Shown: positions 36,224-51,355, counted from the stretch's first letter. The stretch: 64,000 nt of DNA from Chrysomallon squamiferum (GCA_012295275.1 CM022673.1:24490001-24554000), one strand, 5' to 3'. Notes: generated by a model from the sequence alone, not told the origin. Numbers and translations: made by a program.

Positions 36224-38804
36224 AGCATACCCATACAGACATGCAGACATACACACATATACATACATACACACATACACACACATACAGAGACACACAC
36301 ATATACATACATACATACATACACAAACACACATACATACACACATATACACATACATTCAAAAGAACACATTTTCTTTCTTTTTTTTAAATATAACAAA
36401 ACATTTCTTTATTTCCTTCACATGTGTAGATTATTTACTCTGTTTTCATTAAAAGCTAAAACATCAGTTGAAATGACGAAGTAATTAAAAAAACCCAAAA
36501 AGTCAAAAATGAGAGGAATTTCACTGAGACCACCTGAGACTTGCAGGTTTGGTCATTCAGTTTACCTTCTGTTAGTTACATCAACAACACAACGCACGTA
36601 ATTTCTTTCTTTCTTTAATTCGCTCGATCTACATAAACCTGTCATTTCTCTGTTTTAGTAGTTGAAAAGAAAAATTTATGACCGAACTAGCGGTGTATTT
36701 CTGGTAATTATTTTAAAGGTGAGCATAATTTAGGATAATTTAAAACTGCTCACTTCGATGACGTTCGTTTTGTTTTGTTAATGGAAAAAAAAAAAAAAAA
36801 AAAATCATATGTTTACTGTTTATTTAAAAAAACAAAAGGAATTAAAGTTGTTCGACATAATTAAGTAACCCTGTGATTCAAAATAGAACCAGTGTTATGA
36901 AACCATGGAAACAGAAAGGTCAAATGATCTCATTTTACAAAAGGTTGATGAATTTTGTTTTAAAATTTTTGAAATTAGAATTAAGTTAATGTGAGATCTT
37001 AGCGGCAAAATAACGAAATGTATCTCGGGATATCTAAAATGTGATAACACAAACATAAAGATTATATTAGGCATGAGAATTTCTTTAGGATATCTTCGTA
37101 TTTTATAACAGAAAATGAATAATTATTGAAAAAATAATAATAATAATAAAATTAAAAAATTAAAATTAAAAAACAACAAAGAAATCCAGAAACAGATATT
37201 AATAAAACGTTGATCTGTTTTCTTTCGTTCGTTTTGTTTATTTATGTTACTGAATAAGATTTCTACTTTAATTAGTTAAATATTAACAAACGTGTGTTGC
37301 GCCACACATATAGTATGGACGACAGTGGTTGTCAGGTTATTAAACGTGGTAGTTAAAGTTAAATGTTCTGGTTTGTGTGTGGATCATTCGCATGAAGGTG
37401 AATCAGACTGATCACGTAAGATAAAAAAAAAAAAATGACTTCTCGTGAATAAATCCACAGCAAGTTTGACTGTTATAATTTGCAAAGTTTCTTTTCAGAG
37501 AATGTAACGTCTTCTGCATCTGTTTTTAAAATACGAATAATCAAATTAGTAAAAGTTTTTAATTCTCATCGCTTTTTAATTTAACTGTTTTATGACTCTC
37601 AGATAGCAAATACTCTGCTGACATTGGCAAGATATTTAAATATAATTAAACATAACACATGTCACATACTTTCAGTATTTCGAATTGCATTCTTTTTCTT
37701 ATTTCTATATTTACTGAAGTAAACCGTTCACAGGTAACATGGTCCACTTTTACACTAATCTTAACTTCGTTATGTCAGTTATTAACCCTTCGTTAACACG
37801 GAATTAAAACAATTTACGTTATCAATGACTAACGCCATTCAGCTTCATGCGACGTGTTTTAGTAATCAAATTCGACGACGCGCGAACGCGGCCTAGATAC
37901 GTCATTTCCCGTTGAAAAACGTTGACATCTAATTCATACGAACGGCCGAAGGAAAGGCTCCACAGTGGTTTTCCTCTCTGATCAGAATCATAACGCTGAC
38001 ATCTGTTAACAGTGTATACTAAGGTGGGTTAGAGAGCCTTTTTAAAACAAGCTTTCATTCATTAATTCACTACATGTGACCAGCGAAGTGTACGAACGAG
38101 AAAAAGGTCTCAACACGTACAAAGTTTGTCTAACTCCACACGGAGAAGAGCTCGTTGTGTAACTTCGCTCAAGAGGTGAGCCTGGCAGTCTTTCATTTTA
38201 GCCAGTAATGAAATGAACGTTAATAAAATCAAAGGAAACTCTTCTATTTGTGGGACGATCCGACTTTCAAATTGACTTTGCAATCGACCAGATGTTCATG
38301 TGAGAGAAACTGTCAGCATTGTGTTTCGCTGAAAATAACTTAATGAAATCGAGTCCTACTTTCCACGCTTTGGGCTAATGAAATAAATGATTCTACAGTT
38401 CATTCGTTGGATTAAAAAAAAAAAGTCCCACCCCAAAAAAAAAAATCAGATGAGAGTTTGAAGTATTTTAGTCTTGTAACCACACGGCCAGACTTTAAAA
38501 GATCCTCACAAATGCTTATAACTCTTTCTAGTTCTTTTGATTCACTCTGCCTATTGATTATTTTCAGTCATCCTAAACTCGTATGTAACAAAACCTACAA
38601 GAACAGCGAAACGTTCCATCAACAAAATTCATTGCACTGCATGCTTCTTAATCAACTTGAACATAAGAAAGTCTTCAAAAAGCATAAACTCGTGACTCGT
38701 GCTGTTTCTAAAACACGTCAAATAAGCCCATCACAGACGTACTTACGTCTCCAGTCGCAAGCGGTTTTAACCAACTATCTGAAAATGTTTCGTCGTAATC
38801 ATAA

Positions 38805-38873
<69 letters not shown>

Positions 38874-39689
38874 CAGCTGTACAGTAATTTATATTTTTCA
38901 ACTAAGTATAAAATCTCGAACACCATTTAATAACAGGCGTAATAACGTATAAAACGAAGTAAAATTTGAAATTACAGTTGAAGAATAATTATATCAAAAA
39001 CAAACCATTGCTTGAAGAACTCAGGATGTTTCCACAATTTAATTTTATTTCTGTAACGTCTCACACACATACACACACACGTACACACACACACATACAC
39101 ACACGCGCACATACACAAACGATAACATTATGTTTAACTAAGATCAACGTAATATTTGCGTCGACTGACAGACGTAATTAGATTTAGTTTAAAACAATTG
39201 CGGGAAAGATCAAACGTACCAGCTTCACAGCATTTTCGCCTCTGACAACGTGTGAAGTGGATGAAACGTAATTTCACATGAAACAAGGATAAAGGAGAGA
39301 TAAAACAAAGCGTAAATTTAATAACACACGTTAGTCAAGTGAACCGATAAACAGGCTGCTGTCGTAACACAAAAACATGCTTAAATGTCTGTAATAAAAA
39401 TCTTCATTTAGAGCCTTGAATTAATTTTTTTTTTTAAACAAATAAATAAAAAAATCTCTTTAAATATTTACATATTTACTATTCACTTGTTATTTCCATT
39501 TTTAGCAACAGTTATACATATTTATATATAAACAACGTAATTCTAATGTAAATAAAAATATAAATGATAAACAGTGCTTCAGTGTTTTTCAGCATTAACG
39601 TTATTTGGATGACACGTTTTTTCTGTTGTGTTTTTTTTTTTTTTTTCTTCCGAGTACTGAAATATAAAAATAACTTTTTTAAAGCAACA

Positions 39690-39900
39690 ATCTGAAAATG
39701 CCCAGTCATTGCCCAGCCTGCTCTTGCCTGTTAGCAAGAAGATACATTTTTTTATTATTACACCTTTCCGTAAACGCGAATGAATGAAAACAAATTTATA
39801 TATATTTTGTATTATTATTTTTTTTTTTTTTATGAGCGAGACACGGAGCTGTTTTCTGGAATGGGAAATAGCCCAGAGCGGAACACCGGATGGAAAAGAA
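39690..39900 (-). mobile_element. Degraded SINE-like remnant
   Basis: ctgctcttgcctgttagcaagaagatacatttt and ctggaatgggaaatagccca are collinear with the same recalled SINE consensus. Related short pieces at about 499-534 (aaaggccatggtatgtgctgtcctg) and 24642-24662 (cgattgggttatttcccgttc). Confidence 0.35.
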
Positions 39901-41259
39901 CGACGAAGAAACATAAATTACTGGTTTTAACCGTACAAAAAGGTCGGTGAGGGCAAATCAACAATATCGAGGAACGAAAAGCATTTCAATCGTCCGAAAT
40001 AGACTTAATGAAGTTTAGTCATAAAGCGACGTCACACAATCGAATTTTAACCGTTTCGGTGTTGGGCCTGCACGCTGCCTGTTTGTAAATTTGCATTGTT
40101 GCCGCCAATAAGTTTCGCTAATTGTTTGTTTAGTCCAGCAAAAAAATATCCGGATTAAGAGGCTTCCGAAACGACCACTTGAGTTAATAAGAAACTGATA
40201 TCAATATTCTCCATTTTCTACTCGTCACTTCAGTTACTTTTCTTTTTCGGTTCCAGTAATTCACGTCTCCAGTTTAACCGCAAGTGTTACGGAAAAGGAA
40301 ATTCTTTCAAATCGCTAATCATAAACAAACAGAGCGATCGCCTGCAGGAGAAACGCTGTTGTGAGGAAATTCGGTTTGTATGTTCTGTATGTTGTTGGTT
40401 GTTACGGCGGATTTCTTTCGTTCAGTAAATACGTTAAATTAGCCGATTCCAACTCTATAAGTTTTTGTGGGTTTTATCTGCAAACCTAAATTACCGGCAA
40501 TCCAAAACGAGATAAATATTAATAATTAAATTTTCTTGCTATAATACATATAATAGAACGGGAAAAAAAAAAAAAAAAAACAACATTTTTTGCAATGATA
40601 ATTCTATCATTTTTTTTCCAACACGAAAATGAAGGACTATGATTTGTAAATTAATGTCACCTTTACAACATGGTATTTCTACAATATTACATGTGGTTAT
40701 ATACTGTTCTGTTTATAGGAAGTCGAAACCAAAGAACAACTCCTCCAACATCACATTATTAATTTACAGTTTTTGACTGACATCAAGGAACGCTTTCTCG
40801 GAAATCAAATAATAAAATATGATTAGATCTTATGAGCATTTCTTCAGACAATGTACTAAACAATGCACAACACTTATACCAAAATTATAATCCCATGCAT
40901 GCATGCAGTATACACACAGACACACAGACAGACACACAGTCAGATAGACAAATAAGCGTATGGCTGTTTGTAATTTCCATTCTGCTGTTTGGTAGTGGTA
41001 AAAAGGTTTTTCCAGTAAAAGAAGTAACTAAAGGAGTTTAAACGTAAATTAATTACATTTAGATGACAGGACACTTGCAAGTATAAAAACTGAACATCAA
41101 AAGATACTGGTGACTTTTTAACAACGCAAGTCTTATTCGTTGTGAAATCTGTAGGAAAGGTTTCGAAAGGACGTGTTCAGACAGAGCAAACATGGCCGAC
41201 TTTGTGGAATCGAGGCTGGGTTTTTTAAAGAACTGATACAGACAAAGACAACTGAACTG

Positions 41260-41400
41260 TTTGAATTGTTTGTCTGTGATGTTGTGTATCTGCTTGCTGA
41301 ATTCTGTTTGTCTGTGATGCTGTGAATCTGCGAGCTGAATTTTGTTTGTCTGTGATGTGTATTGCTCGCTGAATTCTGTTTGTCTGTGATTTTGTGTACC
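41260..41400. repeat. 34-38-bp tandem repeat, about 4 copies
   Basis: Core gctgaattctgtttgtctgtgat repeated. Confidence 0.85.
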
Positions 41401-41912
41401 TACTCGCTATTGTGCTTCTTCGTGGATGATTCATTTACTTGGTATACGAGTCTGTGAACCGGTAACACTCAGTTTTTAAAACAAAAAAATATCCTTCTAA
41501 AACCTTCACCTTCTCGCTGACTGTCTGAGTGTTTTCTATCAGTTCTGACACGTTTTAGCAAAAAACGCGGACTTGTTAGTGATTCTGTTGTCTTCTTGGC
41601 GTGTAGCTCGGTGTGCTGTTTTTCTGCTGACATCGAACCAGTGTAAATGTTCAAAACAGTGGCTAATATTAACTATCACATAACTTAAACATGTTCAAAT
41701 GTCTTTATGTAAAACAACGCGTTAACGCTTTTCTAATAATATAACACCATAAAACCCTTGTTCTAGTTATCTTTAACAAACCATTGTGTTCTAAATGTTT
41801 AAATCTTAAAACGGCTATTTTGATTGTGATCATCAAACCACTAAACAGAAATCTAATTATTCTTTTTCTTCTTCGTCTTTTTTTTCTTTTCTTCTTCTTC
41901 TTCTTCTTCTTC

Positions 41913-41970
<58 letters not shown>

Positions 41971-42274
41971 CATCATTATTATTATAATATTTTTGGCTTC
42001 TTAATAATGTCCCTCTAGTTCTTAGTGTCAGATGTTAACAAACGAGAAATCACACAAGCTAATAAAAGACAGACGGTGTGAATTAATTTTCACCTTCAGT
42101 GTTTTCCAGGAAATAAACAATACTTTATGTAACACGTGCTGCAGGTTTATTAGTTATGATGACAGCATCCAATCTACTCGTGTGTGTTTCATTCTACCTG
42201 CAATGGCGTAACGATGTGTTTGTGTGTGGGGGAGTGCAAGTGTGAATGCAGCGTTTGTATGTGCGTATGTGTGT

Positions 42275-42329
<55 letters not shown>

Positions 42330-44711
42330 TGTACGTTTGGCTGTGTTCATTTGTATATTCATATTTCTGGGTGTGCTCGCACGCATTTTTTTTTTCATTT
42401 TTATTCGTTAAATATATTCATTTTCCGTGTTTCGTAGATTTGTATTTTTGCATTCACGGAGTAAATAAAAATACAGTAAAACATTATATACGTATGTATT
42501 ATTTGTGTGTATGTTGATATATTGATATACGTATGTATTATTATTTGTGTGTATGTTGATATATTGATATATATATTCTGAAAGCATATTCTGTTTTGAA
42601 TAACTCGAATAAGAACGAGTGAGATAATGAAAAACCAGGTTAACTAAGGAATACAGAAATACACTCGCAGGTCCAATTTTTGCCAACCCAGTAATGATGA
42701 CCTCCCCTTCTTTCTTTTTTTTTTTCAAAAAAAAAAAAAAAAATCGTGGATCCTCCTCTGATCTTCTCTGGTAAATGTTTTGTAGCTGCTGCTGGCAGGT
42801 GGCCACTGGTGTGAAAAACCTCCACGTAATTTACAAGGTCGGTTCACTGATGGTCTAATCCTAGTTAATAACCACCGAACGACCCTCTGCAGTCCTGCAC
42901 GGATTAACAGAGATGAATCAAATTCCCAGTAGTTCGATTACAGGAGATGTTATTGTGTTTCTGTCTGTATGAGAGAGAAAAAAAAAAGAAGAAGAGAAAA
43001 ACACAACAGCATTTAGATCATCACTGAAGTTTTGATAAATGCACCTTTAAAACTTGTAATATAAAGCTTGATTAGTGTCTGCTAATGTGAGATACGTTTT
43101 ATCCAAGGCTTATTGTTTTTTGTTTGCTTGAGTGAGTGTCCGAGTGTGTGTGTGTGTGTGTGTCTGTCTGTGTGTGTGTGTGTGTGTGTGTGCGACTGTG
43201 TGTGTGTGTGCGTCTATATGTGAGTGTTTGTGTAAGCTATGTTAGTAGCGTACCAGTGTGTTAAGAAAAAAAAAAAAAAAAAAAAAAACACCTAAAAACA
43301 CAACAACCTTGAATTCTCAAACAAAACGAACTGATCACTGTCCATTTTGTCACCTTTTCACATAGCTTCAGGTTAATAAAGAAAGGATCTGATGGTAATA
43401 ACGATGATAATATTTACGTCAACACACAGACGTACTAGATCAACCCTGACTAACAAGAAAGGTTACGAGGGTGATAATTGGAGAGACAACTGCCACCTTC
43501 ACCGCCTACGCTGTCACCATTCCCAGTCAATTAGTTTCTAAATGCAGCGGCCTGTCTAATATTGTATGATTGTCCCAGATCGTATCTTATAATGAGCTGG
43601 GTTCTTCAGTATTAGATTTTCATCTATAATCCGTATCATCTAGCGGTGGAGTTTATATCCAGTGCAGAAACAGCAGCTAATTTGTACATGAACACAGACT
43701 GTAACTGATAACATAACACTTAAAATTTAATGCCACATTAACAATACTTTTCCGGTAACTTCATCTGAGTGAAATGATAGTAAACATAGAAATGAAAGTA
43801 GCGACTTTGTAAGGAGAAACGATCTAAACATCAAGAAAATATATCAAAACAGTATTAATATGATAAGAAATAACTGATTGTTAAAATTGAGGATATTAAA
43901 TATTTTGGAATAATGATATATCAGAGTGAAAAAAAAAAAAAAAAAATACCAAAGAAAAAACACTTCTCAACCTAAACTTAATAGTTAGTCCAAACAGGTC
44001 GCTGCGTTGTTAAGTAAATATTTACTAGTATCCTGGCTTTTATAATATAAGCTACACTAATACTTCCTAATTTATTTTTAATATATATATATATATTTTT
44101 ATATATTCAGCTGCCAACAATTTTAAAAACAGACTTTTATTTTTTAAAATAATAATATATATTTTGTTTCAATACCTCTGCATCTTCCCTTGTCGTATTC
44201 TTTCCCATTCATAAACATTCAGTGTTATTAATAGTGTTATGTCGTAAAAACTCGGTTACTTTATTAAGCGTTTTTAATGACAGAGAGAGGCTACAAGCAA
44301 CTGTTCGAGAGTCTTTATAATAAGAGGATTTGTAATTGGCCAATCAGTTACAAATATATATATATATGAATGGCATTTTTGTTAATCATCTTTTCAAGTT
44401 TTCATCTGGGTTTTTTTATTTATTATTAAGCACCAACAGTTCATATATATGTTTCTCATTGTAAACCTTTATCATGCAGTATTACTAAATTCAGTTCATT
44501 ATAAAACGTATTTTATGTTTGAAAACAAATTTGAGAAACGGTTTTAGCTTTTCAAAGAAATGTCGACAAGACGCGATTAATAAACACTGAACAAGGTGAC
44601 GATGTTGATGATGATGTCGATGATGATGCTAAATACGGTTAAGACAATGTAGATATCGCCGCCATGAAACATTAAGTTGATGAAAATATTGCAACATCTA
44701 AACCTTTATAT

Positions 44712-44860
44712 AGTGAAAACATGAAAAAGACGTAAACATCAAGAGAGTCAAAACATGAAAAACATGTAAACATCAAGAAAGTCAAAACATGAAAAACGTC
44801 TAAACAACACGATATGAAAACATAAAAAACATCTGAACATCAAGATAGTGAAAACATGAA
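44712..44860. repeat. 34-bp tandem repeat, about 4 copies
   Basis: Core aaaacatgaaaaa...taaacatcaaga repeated at roughly 34-nt spacing. Confidence 0.85.
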
Positions 44861-45039
44861 ATATGTTTTATATTTTGAACACAGTATTCAAAAAGGTAAA
44901 TGAACTAATATTTCTTAAATTCCTTCTTTGTTTCGTTTAGTAAAATTAAAGAGCTACACATTAATATTAGTTTTCTTTCTTACAAAAATGTCTACGTTTT
45001 GAGATGAAGCACTAATGACAGTAGTGCCTTGATTGTCAA

Positions 45040-45090
<51 letters not shown>

Positions 45091-45159
45091 TACAACTACT
45101 ACTTTTATCATCATTATTATTATTACAATATATTTTTACAAAGTAGATTTTAATTCCAT

Positions 45160-45308
45160 AAACACAAACACACAAACACACAGTAATAATAATTATAACA
45201 ACCACTGCTCGTATTCTTCCTTACTTAAAATATCATCTGCGAAATTAGTAGACATCAATGAGTAAATCATTTTTTTTTATTTATTTATTATCTTAATTTA
45301 GATCGAAC

Positions 45309-45315
<7 letters not shown>
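45160..45315. repeat. Dispersed repeat, copy 1 (copy 2 at about 59315-59497)
   Basis: Shared core aaatat(c/t)atc(t/c)gcgaaattagtaga(c/t)atcaatgagtaaatc, with similar (CA)n/(AAT)n upstream and gaacag...catc downstream. Confidence 0.85.
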
Positions 45316-45385
<70 letters not shown>

Positions 45386-47343
45386 TCACACACGCACGCA
45401 CGCACACTTAGATAAATGAGAAGCAAACCAAGAGAGAGAACTTAATGGTGAAAATTGTCTGCACAGATTACCTCCCATCATGACTTCTAATTTTAACTCC
45501 AACTTTGCCCACCTGTTATAGATGTCAACAAAATTTCCAGATTAAAGAAAAAAAAAAATCACAATATGGCAAAATTCAGGATATAAGCCACCGAACCTAA
45601 AAATGCACGGATGGACAAAAGCCCCCCCCCCCAGTAGACAAAAAAAAAAAAAACAGATAAAAAGTAATTTCGCAAACAACCACTTTACTTAAAGCAAACA
45701 TGCTACATACCTTTATCAAAATTAGCACAATAACAGCATTATCATTAATTTAATGTGTTTGTTTGATCAACATAGTTATTTATCACAATATAACTGCGAG
45801 CGATAATAATCACAATTAAGATGAAGGATACGATTAGAATAGAGAATTTATATCAAAGCTTACACTGTCACGTGACACAAAATGATACACTGAACCTTCG
45901 TAAATTGTTAAATCTAAAGTAGGTAAAACCAGATATAAAATCTGTCTTACAAAAATATTCCGAAACCCATGCTTGGTACTTTGGAAGACAACATTTTGTT
46001 AATAGAATAACTTTACTGTTACTAACCAGAACATCTGGTTAAATTTCCCCCTGTTTGTAGCGGTACTGGCAGACAGATCCTACAGGCAGATGTTGTAAAT
46101 ATATTTACTCCGATAAACTGCCACACCCCAGAATCTAGAGTATAAGGTGAACACCCTTCAGACATTTCTATCTTTTCTGTTTCTTTCAAGTCTGAAAGCG
46201 CGCCGAGGTTGTTGACAGAGAATTCTGAGAAGTGGCGTTAAAGATTAATTTAGAGTAGTCTCCCTTGTTTCAGACTCTTATAATAGACTCGGTGGTATTA
46301 ATAAGGTAACAACAGTCACATAAGATTATAACGGTTCATGTCGCAAAGTAATAATTAATTAATTTCGTCAGGTGAATGAAAGTTGTTTGAAAGGTGAATG
46401 AACTAATAATGAAGGTGTAAACAAATATGAAATAATAGTTTTAATAAAAAAAATTATAGATAAATAAATAAATAAATTTAATATCTGTAACTTAATGTAT
46501 TATCAGTAGTAATATTTATTTCTGTTTATAACTTTATAACTGATTATTTAATTACGACGTTTCTTTTGAAAAAAACACAATATAGTAATAATTAATTTAA
46601 AAAAAAAGAAGAACATGATCGTCCAACATAATTTATAATTAATCTTACACAATGTTCTTCTATTGTACTAAGTTGGTGTTTTTGTGAATATCATTCATAT
46701 AAATAAAAATGTTAGAAGGAAGAAATTTTCACTGAGGATAGATTTGTAACATAGTCATCACATTCTACTGAAATTTCATACAAATTATGTATCAAAGTAT
46801 CCTCCAATGGTTAAAAATATATCGGGTTAGCTAAAGCTAAAACGAACGGAATAATAATAATTTAAAAAATAAAGATAAATAAAATCCTGTGTATAAACTT
46901 TTACATGAATATTGTCCTTCGTGAAATAACCCATCGACTGCAGCCAGAGAATGATTTACTTGCAACCTTTCATTCTCAGTAAATATCAAAATTTCAGTAA
47001 TTATATATATCCTGTTATAAGATATTTCTTGTAATATATTTATATATATATTCTAGAGATGGTATCTTGAACTTTTGGATAATAAAGATGACTCTAATTA
47101 TAAAAATTGGTAGAAATTGTGGGGTTTGTTTTAGATATGAGGTGTTGATGTTTAGTGCATTTTCTGGGGTGGGTTTCCATCCGATCTCAACTCTGCAGTT
47201 AAATATTCAGTCTAATTTTAGATGCAGTTCCTGTATAATATAAATATTCTATATTACGAATATATTTTATTAGACATTTTTAAGTTGCAAGGTTTTGTTT
47301 TTTGTTTGTTTGTTTGTTTATGGGTTTTTGTTTTTGTTTTTTT

Positions 47344-47376
<33 letters not shown>

Positions 47377-47570
47377 TTTATTTTTTAATTTGTTTCTTTA
47401 TTGTTGTTGTTTCCTTGAGTAATTTTTTTTTTTTTTTTCAGTTTTATTTTCTGTGATTTTTTTGTTTGTTTTATATTATTTTATTATGTTGTGAGGTTGT
47501 TATTTTTTTATTATTTTTATTATTATTTTATTATTTTGTTTGTTTATTTGTTGTTGTTACTGTTGTGAGG

Positions 47571-47648
<78 letters not shown>

Positions 47649-48150
47649 GTTACTTATTTATTTAATGCTGTATTTATTTTTTAAAAAGTGAAATATATGA
47701 AAACATTTATTAAGAATAATAAAACATACACACACACTTTTACCATTATCTTGTTGCTCACATGTGTCTATGTGAAAGAGTGTGCATATATTACAGATTA
47801 TTTGTAATGCCTAATAATCCCATTTAATGCCAGGAAACTACAGCTAGCTGTGTGGTTAGTGGTAAACGGCTGGGAGGTGGTGGCAGTGGTCGAAGGGAAC
47901 TAACTCTGGTTGACTGGTCTACTATACAACATAAGCGCCACATGCGCCAGAAATCAGTCTCTTCCAATCAACCGCCATTACACCACTGCAGGAAAAAGAA
48001 TTAACTCGATTTTTCATCTGCTGCATTCCAGGCTTTTTAAAAGATTTAGAAGAACTCTTGATAATGCCTGGAAATCAAATCAGGGTGGCGTAAGCGAACT
48101 TGTATAGGAGTGGATGGGGAAACTAGTAGGTGAAAAACAGGGAGGAAAAG

Positions 48151-48283
48151 GGCAGATCATTTACATCAATCCATGCATGCACGTCGGCGTTCATGATTTC
48201 CACGAGTATGTTATTGGAACGTAGCGTCCAAGACACTCAACAACTCTTTAAAAAATGTTTTAGGATGTTAGCTGACAGAAGCA
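48151..48283 (+). pseudogene. Ngaro gag-like remnant
   Basis: Reads GRSFTSIHACTSAFMISTSMLLERSVQDTQQLFKKCFRMLADRS. This resembles the recalled Ngaro gag motif I-x-S-I-x-x-W-T-S-A-F-x-I-F-x-S...L-L-K-Y...R. Confidence 0.55.
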
Positions 48284-48311
48284 GTTCATGAACAATTCAG
48301 CATTAAAAATT

Positions 48312-48659
48312 GTCTACACACCGAGAAAATTCACGGGGGATAATAATTGACAATGAACTCTGGTTATTGTGCAGCACAGGAATTAATTAAAGGCTTTACG
48401 GAAGGCTTTAGACTACAATATCAGGGATCTAGAGTCGCAACAGACGCAAACAGTTTTAAAAATGTAGCACAGGCTAAAGAGATACTGTTAGTCAGGATGG
48501 CAGAACCATGTACAGATCGCCCATTTAAAACCATGGGAATTTCCAAACCTGGAATTGGTACCAAAAAGTTATGGAGATTTCAGAGTTATTCACCATCTTT
48601 CCTATCCAGACCTAGATTCTGTAAATAATCATATCGATCCAAGTGTTTGTTCTGTATGA
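48312..48659 (+). pseudogene. DIRS/Ngaro reverse transcriptase N-terminal remnant (frameshifted, truncated)
   Basis: SGYCAAQELIKGFTEGFRLQYQGSRVATDANS...RMAEPCTDRPF, then after a frameshift LELVPKSYGDFRVIHHLSYPDLDSVNNHIDPSVCSV* (48549-48659). Matches the Ngaro RT pattern GFxxGF...GR-x-AGP...VPKK-x-G-x-FR-x-IHHLSYP...SVN. Confidence 0.85.
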
Positions 48660-48663
48660 ATGA

Positions 48664-48810
48664 TGCCGTGCAGAGGGAGGACCAGTCACTGGGCACCCAG
48701 CTGTAAGAGTGGGAAATCTCGAATTGTTCAGGACTGTTTGGGTGCACTTCTCAAACAAGGGAAATGCATTGTACCTGGAAGGAATGCGATATGCAATGGA
48801 AGTGTTTTGG
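48664..48810 (+). pseudogene. SGNH/GDSL hydrolase C-terminal remnant of the Ngaro element
   Basis: Reads CRAEGGPVTGHPAVRVGNLELFRTVWVHFSNKGNALYLEGMRYAMEVF. VWVH (gtt tgg gtg cac) is two substitutions from the catalytic DGVH (gat ggg gtg cac), in an HP...LFRxDGVHxSxxGNxL context. Confidence 0.65.
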
Positions 48811-49803
48811 GGTGGAGCTAAGTGGATGGATGGAGTGGATGTAGACTCACTCCTGTCGCGGGACTTCGGGGAGTCAGCTGCAGAGCTGAGGTTCATCTGG
48901 CCCAGGGTTAGTGTCCACCAACTGAACAGTAGGGGAAGAAGTTATTACCAAGGATTCGCTCGAGTGTGCCAGAAGAATCCGGCTCCACCTTTGTGGATAT
49001 ATTCGATCTTCGGGGTGGAAGACGAGTTAAGCCCACCTAAGAAATTTGCCGAGGGGTCTGGTTTAATTAGGGTAGTTACAGATTGGGAACTTTGGCTCTT
49101 GCCCATTCGGATTTAGAGGCCAGGAGAAGAATAAGGAGCCAACCATTTATGCCAGGTAGCACTGAAGAGCCACACACTCTATCATGAGGGCAGTCAGTAT
49201 GTCTCCAGGGGGTCAATGGTTATTAATTAGTTAATGCGGCCAAGTTTTATCCAAAATATTAAAGGGTTTGGGGGTATCCGTATATAGGTGAATGCAGAGG
49301 TAAATATATCCTGGAAGGTTTCATTTGAACATAGTTGTGTAAATAAATGGGAAAATGTTAACAATGAAGACTGTAAAATAAAAATATATATGATGTTATC
49401 ATTTGAGGTGTTTTTAATCTGGGCATTAATACGAATTCGTTGTCATACCTAATAATCCCATTTAATGCCAGTAAAATACAGCTAGTTGTGTGGTTAGTGG
49501 TAAACGGCGGGGAGGTGGAGGCATTGGTCGAAGGGAACTAACTCTGGTTGACTGGTCTATATAACATAACCGCCACATGCGCCAGAAATCAGTCTCTTCC
49601 AATCAGTCTCTTCGCCATCACAGCACTGCAGGAAACAGTTCCCGCCCACCCACCACATAAATATTTAAATGTCATGTTCAGAATTATGCTCGAGAGTTTT
49701 TCAATTTTGCAGGGATAAACAGCAGCAGAATCCTGTTAACCAGAACATGAAGAGACAGATCAGCATGGGCATCATGATCAAGGACAGCCGAAAAAGAGAG
49801 GGA

Positions 49804-49933
<130 letters not shown>

Positions 49934-51149
49934 AAAAATCAACATTTAATTTTGCTATATTACAAGGAGTTTAATGGGACAGATAATTTAATTTGTCGCG
50001 CTGGTGGCGGGACCCCCGGGATCCAGCTGCAGAGCAAAGGTTCGTCTGGCCCAGGGTTAGGTTCCACCTACTGATCTGTAGGGGATCAAGTTATTACCAA
50101 GGAATCCCTCTAATATGCCAGAGGACTCTATTGCATTTAATAAATAAATAATTAGAAAAAATTAAAAAACACATAAAGATATCATGAATCAACGAAACCA
50201 GGGACATGTGGAATTACTTTTTTGTTGTTTGTTTGTAGCTGTTTAGGGTTATATTTGTTTGTTTTTGTAACTGGTTTTTTTTTTTTTTTTTTTTTTTTTA
50301 GGGGGGGGGCTATTTTTGGTTGTTGTTTCTTTGTTTTTATTGTTTTTGAGACTTTTCACTAAATAAAATTTAGCCACGATCAAATATTAACAAAATAAAA
50401 ATAGACTTCAGATGTTCGAACGGAAAAAAAATTCATTTTAATGATGGTTGCACATTTATGTTTATTCTTTATCATGAAAACTGATAAAATAAAAAAGATT
50501 CTCACAGCAGTTTTATAGTTCTTATCACATCCAATTATTTATTAACTACGACAGCCACAAACCTGCCCAAGACATTAAACCTACCCCCGTCCGCAACGAC
50601 ATTCGCCTGACGATGACAGCATCAGACGTTGTTTCATTTTTTTACAAACACACACACGTACACACACACAGACCCATATACATACATACACACGCATACA
50701 TATTTAATTATAAATATCTAAATTGTTGATGTTAACTGGAGAAGTTGGCAAGCATTTACAAATGGAAATATGCCACTAAAAGAATACACAGACTGACAAT
50801 AAATTATCTTAAAATATATGGTTCTGCATATGTCGTTACATGATTTTTCTATCGAAAATAAAATTCATAATAAATAAGAAGAAATCACCGATATTTGTTT
50901 TAAACCAAGCTGTTTATTTTTATTTTTTTCAAAAACATTGACATTAGTTGATTTCTGCTTACAAGAAGTGAGTTTGACCTAGATTGTTAGAGAAGATAAT
51001 GTTTACTGATTTGTGAAGAGATTCGTGATGTCTTACTCGTCTACATCACCATCTACTCAACATCGTCAGTCAAGTAGTCGCTAACGTAATTGAATATACA
51101 AAACTTCGCTAATAACTTTACAGTGCTATGAAATATAAATTAATAATTA

Positions 51150-51355
51150 CAGGTTGAGCATCGTTTGTTCGAAATGCGACTTGTCCAACTTTCGTACGTA
51201 GCCTACAGATAGCTGTGTACAGCAATTTAAATAATTTTGATATATAATCTAATAAATACAATAAATCATATCCAGAAACTATAAACTGTCACCATCTCGT
51301 CTGCTGGAAAAACGTTTTTGTAATTCGCAATTTCACTTGAGGTATCCTCAACCTG
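51150..51355. mobile_element. Tc1/mariner-pogo (Tigger-like) MITE, 206 bp
   Basis: TIRs CAGGTTGAGCAT / ATCCTCAACCTG flanked by TA on both sides, in a taatta...taatta context. Confidence 0.7.

Noticed and set aside
38458-38952. 164-aa ORF
   Set aside because: Non-ATG start, no recognisable domain, runs through a GA microsatellite, and no convincing splice sites.
43567-43587. miR-219-like 5' sequence (tgattgtcc)
   Set aside because: The match ends after 9 nt and no complementary arm is evident.
48709-49116. 135-aa ORF as an intact host gene
   Set aside because: It lies within the Ngaro remnant. Only its first ~35 residues are hydrolase-like, with a mutated DGVH, and the rest reads through repeat B1.
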